In this document: piece after piece, positions 16,585 to 23,963 of the stretch
How the letters are laid out: each line of letters begins with the position of its first letter
How positions within the stretch are numbered: the stretch's first letter is position 1
NCBI GenBank assembly: GCA_016208965.1
Contig: JACQXB010000037.1
Coordinates: 110 to 64,109, forward strand
DNA from: Nitrospirota bacterium
GTDB lineage: Bacteria > Nitrospirota > Thermodesulfovibrionia > UBA6902 > DSMQ01
Reading direction: 5' to 3'
DNA length: 64,000 nt
Program-made: the position numbers and the translations under genes
The notes under the pieces: generated by a model
Databases searched by the model: none
What the model was told of the DNA's origin: nothing
What the model saw: the letters and a program-made list of their open reading frames with translations, nothing else

Positions 16585-17348
16585 GTGCATTAGATTGCTA
16601 TCAACTTGTTGATCTATACGCAAACTGGCTTAAAGAGAAAGTTAAGCTGAAAACAATAGGTGATATATGTGAGCTTACAACTCCTTTTGTCGATCGGCAT
16701 AACGATTATTTGCAGATATATGTTAAAGCTATTCCCGCAGGGATGTTGTTAACAGATGACGGATATACGATCCGAGATTTAGAAATGAGCGGTTTTGAAT
16801 TCAATACGGAACGTAGAAAAAATGAGCTAAAAATTATTCTAAATGGGTTTGGGGTAAATCTTCATGGAGACAGTCTTGAAGTAGAAGCACGTCCTGATAA
16901 TTTTCCACAAAAAAAACATAACCTGCTGCAGACAATGCTTGTAATAAACGACCTTTTTGTATTAGCACCTCCAAAAGTCGCAAGCTTTTTCAGGGAAGAC
17001 GTTGAGAGATTTCTATCATTACATGATATCAGGTTTACAAAGGATATTAATTTTATTGGTAAAAGCGGCTTTAATCATCACTTTGATTTTGTAATACCTC
17101 CTTCTAAGAAAGAACCCGAGAGAGTCTTACGGACAATCAATAATCCTACTAAAAATAATGTCTCGGCTATAATTTTCTCCTGGGATGATGCCAGAAAAGT
17201 AAGATCAGAAAATTCAGTTGCTATAGCTGTACTCAATGACCAGGATAAAGAAATTACTCCTGACGCCATACATGCCTTAAAGGCTTATGAAATAGAGCCA
17301 ATAGCATGGAGCAAGCGAGATAAATATATTGATAAGCTTACTGCATAA
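16581..17348 (+). CDS. Hypothetical protein (255 aa), resembles DUF1828 (N) + DUF1829 (C) architecture
   Basis: ATGA overlap with the upstream gene. TTPFVDRHNDYLQIYV, DGYTIRDLEMSG, FPQKKHNLLQTMLVINDLF and GKSGFNHHFDFVIPP match my recollection of DUF1828/1829 proteins; this is unverified. Confidence 0.55.
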   Translation: MSALDCYQLVDLYANWLKEKVKLKTIGDICELTTPFVDRHNDYLQIYVKAIPAGMLLTDDGYTIRDLEMSGFEFNTERRKNELKIILNGFGVNLHGDSLEVEARPDNFPQKKHNLLQTMLVINDLFVLAPPKVASFFREDVERFLSLHDIRFTKDINFIGKSGFNHHFDFVIPPSKKEPERVLRTINNPTKNNVSAIIFSWDDARKVRSENSVAIAVLNDQDKEITPDAIHALKAYEIEPIAWSKRDKYIDKLTA

Positions 17349-17415
17349 CAAAGTTCATAAGAGTTTGTGTGAACTTTGCGGGTCAGGAACTTTGTGGGGT
17401 CATCAGGAACTTTGT

Positions 17416-17550
17416 GGGGTCAGACACCAAAATTGACATTTTACAAGATGATAAAACACACCCCTTAATCCCCTCTTGATAAAGGGGAAGTAATAACAAA
17501 GGCAGGTACATTATCCGAAGGGCAGAGGAAATTGAGATTGTGGAGGGAAA
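17416..17550. repeat. Island direct repeat, copy A (preceded by a 2x20-nt tandem ggtcaggaactttgtgg)
   Basis: The ~113-nt core ggggtcagacaccaaaattgacattttacaag...ggcaggtacattatccgaagggcagagg differs from copy C by 4 substitutions and a 1-nt indel (by eye). It ends gagattgagattgtggagggaaa. Confidence 0.85.
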
Positions 17551-17553
17551 TAA

Positions 17554-17604
17554 ATGAAACTCGATCAAATCGGCTTCTGGTCTGAAATCAAACTGGGGGA
17601 ATAA
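17554..17604 (+). pseudogene. 16-codon ORF MKLDQIGFWSEIKLGE, probable 5' stub of a lost gene
   Basis: It starts 7 nt after the GGAGGG of repeat copy A. The GxWSxxKL N-terminus resembles TcmP-type partner proteins from memory. It is stopped after 16 codons. Confidence 0.3.
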
Positions 17605-17690
17605 AAGGGGAGGTATATTTTCTGAAGGGAGATTGGGTTGGAAGATTAGAAAAAGCATAGACTGTGATATTATAGAATATAGAAATAAAA

Positions 17691-17897
17691 GTGAGGGGGT
17701 GGTTTAAAGTGGGCACTGCTACAGCAAAAAAAATAAATCCTGAAGATTTTATCCTCTCTGCGCTTTCTCCTGAGGACAGGCTTAACGCCGCTTTCAAAGT
17801 TGCAGGCGAGGCATTTAAAAAGACCACATTGACAATGAAAGACATTGATAAAGCAGCTAAAACTGTGAGGAGAAGAATCTACGGAAAAAAGAAGTAA
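17691..17897 (+). CDS. Putative antitoxin upstream of PIN toxin
   Basis: Small ORF ending 20 nt before the PIN ORF. The likely start is GTG 17709, after GAGGGGG. No recognisable family. Confidence 0.4.
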   Translation: MRGWFKVGTATAKKINPEDFILSALSPEDRLNAAFKVAGEAFKKTTLTMKDIDKAAKTVRRRIYGKKK

Positions 17898-17916
17898 GAT
17901 AGTTATTGATACAGGC

Positions 17917-18300
17917 GTGCTTGTTTCTGCCTTTGCCTTTGGCGGTGTGCCTGAGAAATCTGTCAGAAAGGCATTTAAAGAGGCAGACATATATGTATCC
18001 CCAGCCCTTCTTGAAGAGTATCGTGATACCCCGTTGGAACTTGAAACCGAGGGGAAGATAAGCCATATCCAGTTAAAGGCATTAATTTCCGGAATAGCCT
18101 CTTTTGTTGCAAACACAAGAATTGTTTATCCATCTGTAAAGTTATCACTCTGTAGAGATACCGACGATAATATGCTTCTTGAATGTTGCCATACAGCAAG
18201 AGCAAAGATTCTCATCACTGGCGATAAAGATCTTCTGGATATAAAGAATTTGCCTTTTGACCTTAAGATACTGACGCCACAAAAATATTTAGAAGAATAA
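17917..18300 (+). CDS. PIN-domain toxin (TIGR00305-like putative TA toxin)
   Basis: VIDTGVLVSAF..GG (first acidic motif, partly upstream of the called GTG), YVSPALLEEY, DTDDNMLLECC, ILITGDKDLL. Confidence 0.8.
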   Translation: MLVSAFAFGGVPEKSVRKAFKEADIYVSPALLEEYRDTPLELETEGKISHIQLKALISGIASFVANTRIVYPSVKLSLCRDTDDNMLLECCHTARAKILITGDKDLLDIKNLPFDLKILTPQKYLEE

Positions 18301-18340
18301 TACTTTCATGTGTTTTTCAAAAAAAGGAGCCTGGGATTAA

Positions 18341-18403
18341 ACAAAGGGGACAGGCAGATTATCTGAGAGAGCGGAGAGGAGATTGAGATTGTGGAGGGGA
18401 AAA
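18341..18403. repeat. Island direct repeat, partial copy B (3' module only)
   Basis: acaaaggggacaggcagattatctgagagagcggagaggagattgagattgtggaggggaaa aligns to the 3' third of copies A and C. Confidence 0.7.
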
Positions 18404-18440
18404 GGTAAACTTTAAGCAGGGCACTTAAGAAGGTGGAATA

Positions 18441-18746
18441 ATGGGCAGGACGAAGATAGAAATACCAGAGGAAAAAATAGCAGAATTTTGTAAAAGGAAT
18501 CATATCCTCAAGTTGTCACTTTTTGGTTCTGTTCTCCACGGCGATTTCAGGCCGGACAGCGATATTGATTTGCTTGTTGAATTTGATCCTGATCATATCC
18601 CGGGTTTCTTTAAGCTTGCTCATATGGAACGAGAACTTTCAGGGATTATGGGGAAAAAAGTAGATTTAAGAACACCTCACGAATTGAGTAAATATTTCCG
18701 TGATGATGTTCTCTCCGAAGCAGAGGTGCAGTATGCCGAAAGATGA
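18441..18746 (+). CDS. MNT-type nucleotidyltransferase antitoxin (MntA)
   Basis: [22 protein letters not shown] (GSx10-12DxD nucleotidyltransferase motif), ~100 aa. Confidence 0.85.
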   Translation: MGRTKIEIPEEKIAEFCKRNHILKLSLFGSVLHGDFRPDSDIDLLVEFDPDHIPGFFKLAHMERELSGIMGKKVDLRTPHELSKYFRDDVLSEAEVQYAER

Positions 18747-18852
18747 CCTTGTTCGGATGCGCCACATCCTTGATGCTGCCAGAGAAGCGTTATCATTTAC
18801 GGCAGGGAAAACAAGAGTTGACCTGAATGCTAATCGTATGCTGGTGTTGTAA
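18733..18852 (+). pseudogene. HepT (DUF86/HEPN) toxin, 5' fragment only (39 codons)
   Basis: ATG overlaps the MNT stop by 14 nt. [22 protein letters not shown] is a typical DUF86 N-terminus. It stops at 18850-18852, 12 nt before repeat copy C. The RxxxxH HEPN motif is absent. Confidence 0.6.
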
Positions 18853-18864
18853 AAATGTAAAAAT

Positions 18865-19025
18865 GGGGTCAGGCACCAAAATTGACATTTCACAAGATGA
18901 TAAAACACACCCCTTAATCCCCTCTTGATAGAGGGGAAGTAATAACAAAGGCAGGTACATTATCTGAAGGGGCAGAGGGCAGGAGCCTGCCCGCGGTAGG
19001 CAGGAGATTGCGATTGTGGAGGGAA
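18865..19025. repeat. Island direct repeat, copy C (with a 25-nt GC-rich hairpin insertion)
   Basis: Same core as copy A. The extra gcaggagcctgcccgcggtaggcag precedes gagattgcgattgtggagggaaa. Confidence 0.85.
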
Positions 19026-19154
19026 AGTTCATCATAAATTTCAGGATTTAGCTAAATGAAAAAGAGCAAAATCATTAAACCCATAGACTCAACGCATCAA
19101 AACATAAAACTGACCCTTGACCAAGCATATTTTTAACAGGTTTAGAAAATTGTT

Positions 19155-20711
19155 ATGGTAAGCAAAAAAGATATAATTTTAGCTGTCCTATCAGGCGCCC
19201 TCCTTATTTTGGGGTTTCCTCCATTTGATATCTATTTAATCCCATGGATAGCTTTTGTCCCTCTTTTTATATCTCTGATTGGGAAAAGCCTTAGGTCAGC
19301 TTTTTTTTTAGGGGCATTAAGTGGTTGCATATTTTTTTTAGGGACTATTTTCTGGATATTTAATTCATTATATTTTTATGGCAATATCCCTCTGGTCTTG
19401 AGTGTGATAACTGTAGTGCTCCTATGCCTTTATTTAGGTGCATATACAGGCATATTCTCATTACTTTTTACCTATCTTGTAGGGCGGACAAGATTTCCAT
19501 CACTCTTTATATGCCCTGTATTGTGGGTTACGATAGAGTTCCTCAGGACTTATGCCTTGACAGGTTTTCCATGGGCATTATTAGGGTATTCTCAGTATAA
19601 GTTCTTAGCACTCATTCAAATCGCTGATATTACGGGAGTATATGGTATCTCTTTTCTTGTTGTCGCTGTAAATTCTCTGCTCTTTGATATGTTTTTTTAC
19701 TGGCCCAAAAGACAGAACGAAATGCCTCTTCTTGACCGATCGCTGCTTACTCTTGGATTAATAACGTTGGGTATTATCGTTATCACAACACTCTCTTACG
19801 GTATCTGGAGATTGAGTTCTGACGAGGGTGTTCAGAAAGTTAAAGTAAGTTTGATTCAGGGAAATTTTGAACAGGATAAAAAATGGGATGTCAAATTTCA
19901 GAAGGAAATCATTGAGACATATAAGAGCCTCTCAACAAAGGCAGGGGAAGAGGCTCCCTCTATTATCATATGGCCTGAAACCGCTGTGCCTTTTATCTTC
20001 AATCATGATAAGGAGATGACACAAGACCTCATAGAGTTTCAAAAGACCCTCGGTATATATTTGATATTTGGAAGCATTACCATAAAAGATATAAAAGATA
20101 ATAAATATCAACTATCAAATAGCTCTGTGCTCCTTCCTCCCCAGGGCGAAACATTGGCTATTTATGATAAAATACACTTAGTTCCATATGGTGAATATGT
20201 CCCACTGAGGAGGTTTTTCCCTTTTATTAGTAAACTGGTAGAGGGAATCGGAGATTTTGTCCCCGGGAAGCAGTATTTGATTGTGCAGACACCTTTTGCG
20301 AAAATTGGTAATCTTATTTGTTATGAAATAATATTTCCTGGGCTGGTAAGGAAATTTGTTGATGGTGGCGCAGACCTACTTGTAACTATTACAAATGACG
20401 CATGGTTTGGTAGGTGGGGGGCACCTGAGCAGCATTTCTCTATGGCAGTCCTCAGGGCAGTAGAGAACAGGGTTCCTATAGTAAGAGCAGCAAATACTGG
20501 AGTCTCAGGTGTGATAGATGCAAGGGGGATAATAAAAAAGAAAAGTGATATCTTTGTTAGGGCTGTCTTAACAGAAGATATAGCTGTTGGGTTATTTAAG
20601 AAGAGTTTTTATTCAAGATATGGTGATCTCTTTGCCTTTTTTTGTATAATTAGCTCTGTACTATTGATAGCCAATAATATATCTTCCTCTAAGGGGAGAA
20701 GTGTTATCTAA
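19155..20711 (+). CDS. lnt: Apolipoprotein N-acyltransferase
   Basis: Polytopic N-terminal half followed by a nitrilase-type domain with IIWPETAVPF and LICYEIIFP (catalytic E/K/C context). Confidence 0.9.
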   Translation: MVSKKDIILAVLSGALLILGFPPFDIYLIPWIAFVPLFISLIGKSLRSAFFLGALSGCIFFLGTIFWIFNSLYFYGNIPLVLSVITVVLLCLYLGAYTGIFSLLFTYLVGRTRFPSLFICPVLWVTIEFLRTYALTGFPWALLGYSQYKFLALIQIADITGVYGISFLVVAVNSLLFDMFFYWPKRQNEMPLLDRSLLTLGLITLGIIVITTLSYGIWRLSSDEGVQKVKVSLIQGNFEQDKKWDVKFQKEIIETYKSLSTKAGEEAPSIIIWPETAVPFIFNHDKEMTQDLIEFQKTLGIYLIFGSITIKDIKDNKYQLSNSSVLLPPQGETLAIYDKIHLVPYGEYVPLRRFFPFISKLVEGIGDFVPGKQYLIVQTPFAKIGNLICYEIIFPGLVRKFVDGGADLLVTITNDAWFGRWGAPEQHFSMAVLRAVENRVPIVRAANTGVSGVIDARGIIKKKSDIFVRAVLTEDIAVGLFKKSFYSRYGDLFAFFCIISSVLLIANNISSSKGRSVI

Positions 20712-20777
20712 ATAATATTTCATGGTTTAAGAATTCAAGTGAAACCCTCATGCCGACAAGTCGGCACAAAGGAGCAT

Positions 20778-20911
20778 GAAAATGTCATTATTATTTCCCG
20801 ATGCCCTACTCCGTCATTCCCCAGCTTGACTGGGGAATCCAGAGAAAAGGAACTGGATTCGGAGCCTGCCCCGTACTTGATACGGGGGTCAAGCCAGAGA
20901 ATGACATTTTC
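20778..20911. repeat. Composite MITE (outer gaaaatgtcatt/aatgacattttc arms enclosing gtcattcc..ggaatccag and ctggattc.. units)
   Basis: Read directly. ORFs 20735-20926 (-) and 20739-20990 (+) are translations of this element. Confidence 0.75.
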
Positions 20912-20955
20912 GGAGCAAAAATTCAATTACCCAACCCTTTATAGAAGAGGAATAA

Positions 20956-22069
20956 ATGATAATAAAAGAAGGACTAAAAGAGGAATTTAAAGAATTAAAG
21001 TTAAGGGTTAACAGCCTCAGGGGGTACCTTTGATACCGCAGCAATTGAGAACCGCCTAAAGATAATCCAGACAGAGCTTTTATCCGAGGATATCTGGTTA
21101 CAGCCTCAGAGAACACAAGAACTCCTTAAAGAAAAATCCAGTATAGAAAATACACTTAAACCGCTGCTTGATATCGAAAAAAGAATAGAAGATATTGATG
21201 TCATGTTTGAGCTTTTAGAATTAGAAGAGAAAGAGTCAGTAGAGACGTTCTTTAACGATATTCAGATAGAAATTAAGCTGCTCCGAGAAAAGATTGATGA
21301 TGTGGAAATACAGAGTATACTTTCAGGTGAAAACGATAAGGACAATGCGATAATGTCGATACATCCAGGTGCGGGGGGTACAGAGAGTCAAGACTGGGCG
21401 CAGATGCTGATGAGGATGTATCTAAGGTGGGCTGAAAAAAAGGGTTTTAAGACAGAGCTCGTGGAGCTTCTCTATGGGGAAGAGGCAGGGATAAAGAGTG
21501 CTACTTTAACTATTACAGGCCCATATGCATATGGTTATCTTAAAGGAGAGGCAGGAGTTCACAGGCTTGTAAGGATCTCACCATTTGATGTAAATAAAAG
21601 AAGGCATACCTCTTTTGCCGCCATTCTGGTTTATCCTGAGATTAGTGAAGATATAGAAGTAGAACTGAGAGAAGATGATTTAAGGATAGATACATTCCGA
21701 GCATCGGGTGCTGGCGGGCAGCATGTAAATAAGACATCATCTGCTGTAAGAATCACTCATATCCCAACAGGCATTGTGGTAAGCTGCCAGAACGAGAGGT
21801 CCCAGCACAAAAATAAAGCTACTGCTTTAAAGATACTCAGGGCTCGGCTTTATGCCTTGAAGAAAAGGGAGCAGGACAAAAAGATTGATGAACTCGTGGG
21901 AGAGAAAAAAGACATTGCTTGGGGAAGCCAGATAAGATCATATATATTTCAACCATACCAGCTTGTGAAAGACCATAGGACAGGGATTGAAATGGGTGAT
22001 GTATCGGGTGTATTAGGTGGTGGTATTGATAGTTTTATCAGAGGATACCTATTACTGAAGATGAGTTAA
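20956..22069 (+). CDS. prfB: Peptide chain release factor 2, requires programmed +1 frameshift (20956-21030 joined to 21032-22069)
   Basis: ORF0 MIIKEGLKEEFKELKLRVNSLRGYL ends at in-frame TGA 21031-21033. The +1 frame continues DTAAIENRLK... into the 288-aa ORF-track entry, which has SPF and GGQ (SGAGGQHVNKT) motifs. Confidence 0.95.
21019..21034 (+). promoter_or_regulatory. prfB +1 frameshift site: SD-like AGGGGG, spacer, CTT TGA T
   Basis: aggggg tac ctt tga t. Same layout as the E. coli prfB autoregulatory site (AGGGGG TAT CTT TGA C). Confidence 0.9.
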
Positions 22070-22113
22070 GTTTTAATACAAATTAACCCTGCAATCCATC
22101 TTGCATCCATATG

Positions 22114-22392
22114 CTAAGTTCTCCCTTTTTTGGCTAATTCTTCATGGAAGAACTTATGATAAAGGACATCCCACTCAGGGCTTCCCTCTATTATCTTTTT
22201 AGAATAAGAAAGTAATTTTGTCTGCACTAATTCATCTATATCTTTAGCAATCTTTAGCTCATTTACAATAACTCGCCTCATCTGGCGTCTTAATTGCCCT
22301 TCTTCTGTTAGGAGAAAAATTGCCCCCTTATCTATAAGCCCTTTTAGAACAACATGAGTCATATGGGTTATTTTTTCGTCAGAGAGTCTCAC
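22114..22392 (-). CDS. DUF507 family protein
   Basis: 92 aa. MRLSDEKITHMTHVVLKGLIDKG...EGSPEWDVLYHKFFHEELAKKG matches my recollection of DUF507. A paralog lies immediately upstream. Confidence 0.6.
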   Translation of the reverse strand: MRLSDEKITHMTHVVLKGLIDKGAIFLLTEEGQLRRQMRRVIVNELKIAKDIDELVQTKLLSYSKKIIEGSPEWDVLYHKFFHEELAKKGRT

Positions 22393-22670
22393 AGGATTAT
22401 ATTTCGTTCCTTGATGAGTTTCTGTTTTGTAAGTTCGAAGAGCTTACGGTAATCCAGTCTCCCTTTCTCTATCTCTGAGTCATATTTCTTTAATAGTTCA
22501 CGCACTTCTTCGTTAAGTCTGTCTTCTGCCATAAGTTCAGAGAGCATGAGTTCGTTTAAGAGTTTTATAACCTCATCCTTTGAGGTGTTTATTTCTATTA
22601 ACTTTTTTCCTATGAGGTCCTCAATTATTTTCTTAGCTATAATTGATAGCCATGCCTTGGGGATTCTCAT
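22389..22670 (-). CDS. DUF507 family protein (paralog)
   Basis: 93 aa; similar layout (KIIEDLIGKKLI...EKGRLDYRKLFELTKQKLIKE); 4-nt overlap with the downstream paralog. Confidence 0.55.
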   Translation of the reverse strand: MRIPKAWLSIIAKKIIEDLIGKKLIEINTSKDEVIKLLNELMLSELMAEDRLNEEVRELLKKYDSEIEKGRLDYRKLFELTKQKLIKERNIIL

Positions 22671-22906
22671 TATTTTTCAACAAATGGAAGCAAGGCGATA
22701 TTCCGTGCCCGTTTAACAGCAGTGGTTAGTTCTCTTTGATGTTTTGCACATGCCCCTGTTATTCTTCCTGCTATAATCTTCCCTCGTTCTGTAAGGTATG
22801 ACCTCAGGGTCCTGATATCTTTATAGTCAATAAAAGATATCTTGTCTACACAAAACCTACAAAATCTTTTCTTTTGGAATTTTTGGAATTTTCTTTGTCG
22901 CTGCAT
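22670..22906 (-). CDS. rpsR: 30S ribosomal protein S18
   Basis: [60 protein letters not shown]. Confidence 0.95.
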   Translation of the reverse strand: MQRQRKFQKFQKKRFCRFCVDKISFIDYKDIRTLRSYLTERGKIIAGRITGACAKHQRELTTAVKRARNIALLPFVEK

Positions 22907-23025
22907 TTATAACTATTCCTTTCTAAATAGTGTTTTCCGCACTTGACCCCTTGGTATGAACCAGTATCGGTTCATACCTTGTCGCCTTTGGTGACTCGCT
23001 GATGAGAGGATCCTTGGACTCTTTT

Positions 23026-23424
23026 CTAAAATGGCTCTAAATCTGTTGTCTCATCCGGGGGGATGGCATTACCCTCTGCCGAGGCATCGGCATCAGCGCT
23101 TCCTTTTTTAGAGAGAAAACGAACGGTTTGCGCCACTACCTCATATTTGCTCCGCTTCTGTCCATCTTCCGTCTCCCATCGTCTTTCCTGAAGTCTGCCA
23201 TCCACAAGCACAGCGCTTCCCTTGTTTAAATACTGACCGCAGGTATCCGCCTGCTTGCCGAAGACGACTACATTAATAAACGATACATCTTCCTTGACTT
23301 CGTCTCCCTGTTTATATTTGCGGTTAACTGCAATTCTGAAGTTACATACAGATGTGCCCTGAGGCGTATATCTCACCTCCGGGTCCTTCGTGAGATTGCC
23401 GATAAGGATTATTTTATTAAACAC
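23026..23424 (-). CDS. ssb: Single-stranded DNA-binding protein
   Basis: MFNKIILIGNLTKDPEVRYTPQGTSVCNFRIAVNR OB-fold start and an acidic C-terminal tip DLEPF. Confidence 0.95.
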   Translation of the reverse strand: MFNKIILIGNLTKDPEVRYTPQGTSVCNFRIAVNRKYKQGDEVKEDVSFINVVVFGKQADTCGQYLNKGSAVLVDGRLQERRWETEDGQKRSKYEVVAQTVRFLSKKGSADADASAEGNAIPPDETTDLEPF

Positions 23425-23812
23425 TTCCTTTTCCCTCCTCTTCTGCAGGAGCCGTATCTTTGGCTATCTCTTCTGCCTTCCTTGTATTAGTTTGTGTAAG
23501 AGAAGCCGTTACAGCCTTTATCTCTTTTTTTCTTAATTTAACTATAAGGAATTTAAAAACAGGGTCGAATACCTTATAGAAACGTTCAAGTTCTAATATT
23601 GTTGATGATGGGGCTTTAAAGAGTACGAATACATAGAAGCCTTCCTTTTGTTTGTTTAAGGTATAAGCTAATTTTTTGCGTCCCCAGTTCTCTTCCTTGA
23701 GTATTTCTCCGCCTGATTTGTTTATTACATCTTTGACTCTTTCAGATGCCCTCTCAATTTCTTTACTGTCAAAGTTAGGGCCAATAATCATGATATTTTC
23801 GTAGTAATTCAA
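23417..23812 (-). CDS. rpsF: 30S ribosomal protein S6
   Basis: NYYENIMIIGPNF...ENWGRKKLAY; rpsF-ssb-rpsR order. Confidence 0.9.
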   Translation of the reverse strand: MNYYENIMIIGPNFDSKEIERASERVKDVINKSGGEILKEENWGRKKLAYTLNKQKEGFYVFVLFKAPSSTILELERFYKVFDPVFKFLIVKLRKKEIKAVTASLTQTNTRKAEEIAKDTAPAEEEGKGSV

Positions 23813-23963
23813 CTTGCACCTCCTTTATGGATTATCCCGTCTCGATGCATCGGGATCGGGAAGCCCTTACCATAATTTGATAAGAGCAAAGGGTATACCC
23901 TGCACAATTGGTTTTGTGCAGGGTATATTTTTATATCATAATAAACTTCTAAAAAGCAAGAAA

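Noticed and set aside
17383-18116. Minus-strand ORFs 17383-17658, 17588-17845, 17670-18116, 18306-18503 and 18793-19035
   Set aside because: They are encoded by the island direct repeats or lie antisense to the PIN/antitoxin genes. The shared peptide (PLYQEGIKGCVLSS) is just the repeat read in one frame.
1734-19035. Integron: integrase-like gene plus TA cassettes separated by conserved repeats
   Set aside because: The recombinase is only an N-terminal remnant, 15 kb from the TA genes, with housekeeping operons in between. The 115-160-bp repeats show no R''/L''-L'/R' attC-like core (GTTRRRY) that I could find.
20735-20990. ORFs 20735-20926 (-) and 20739-20990 (+) between lnt and prfB
   Set aside because: Both are translations of the composite MITE (gtcattcc..ggaatccag units). 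The + ORF also overlaps the real prfB start region.
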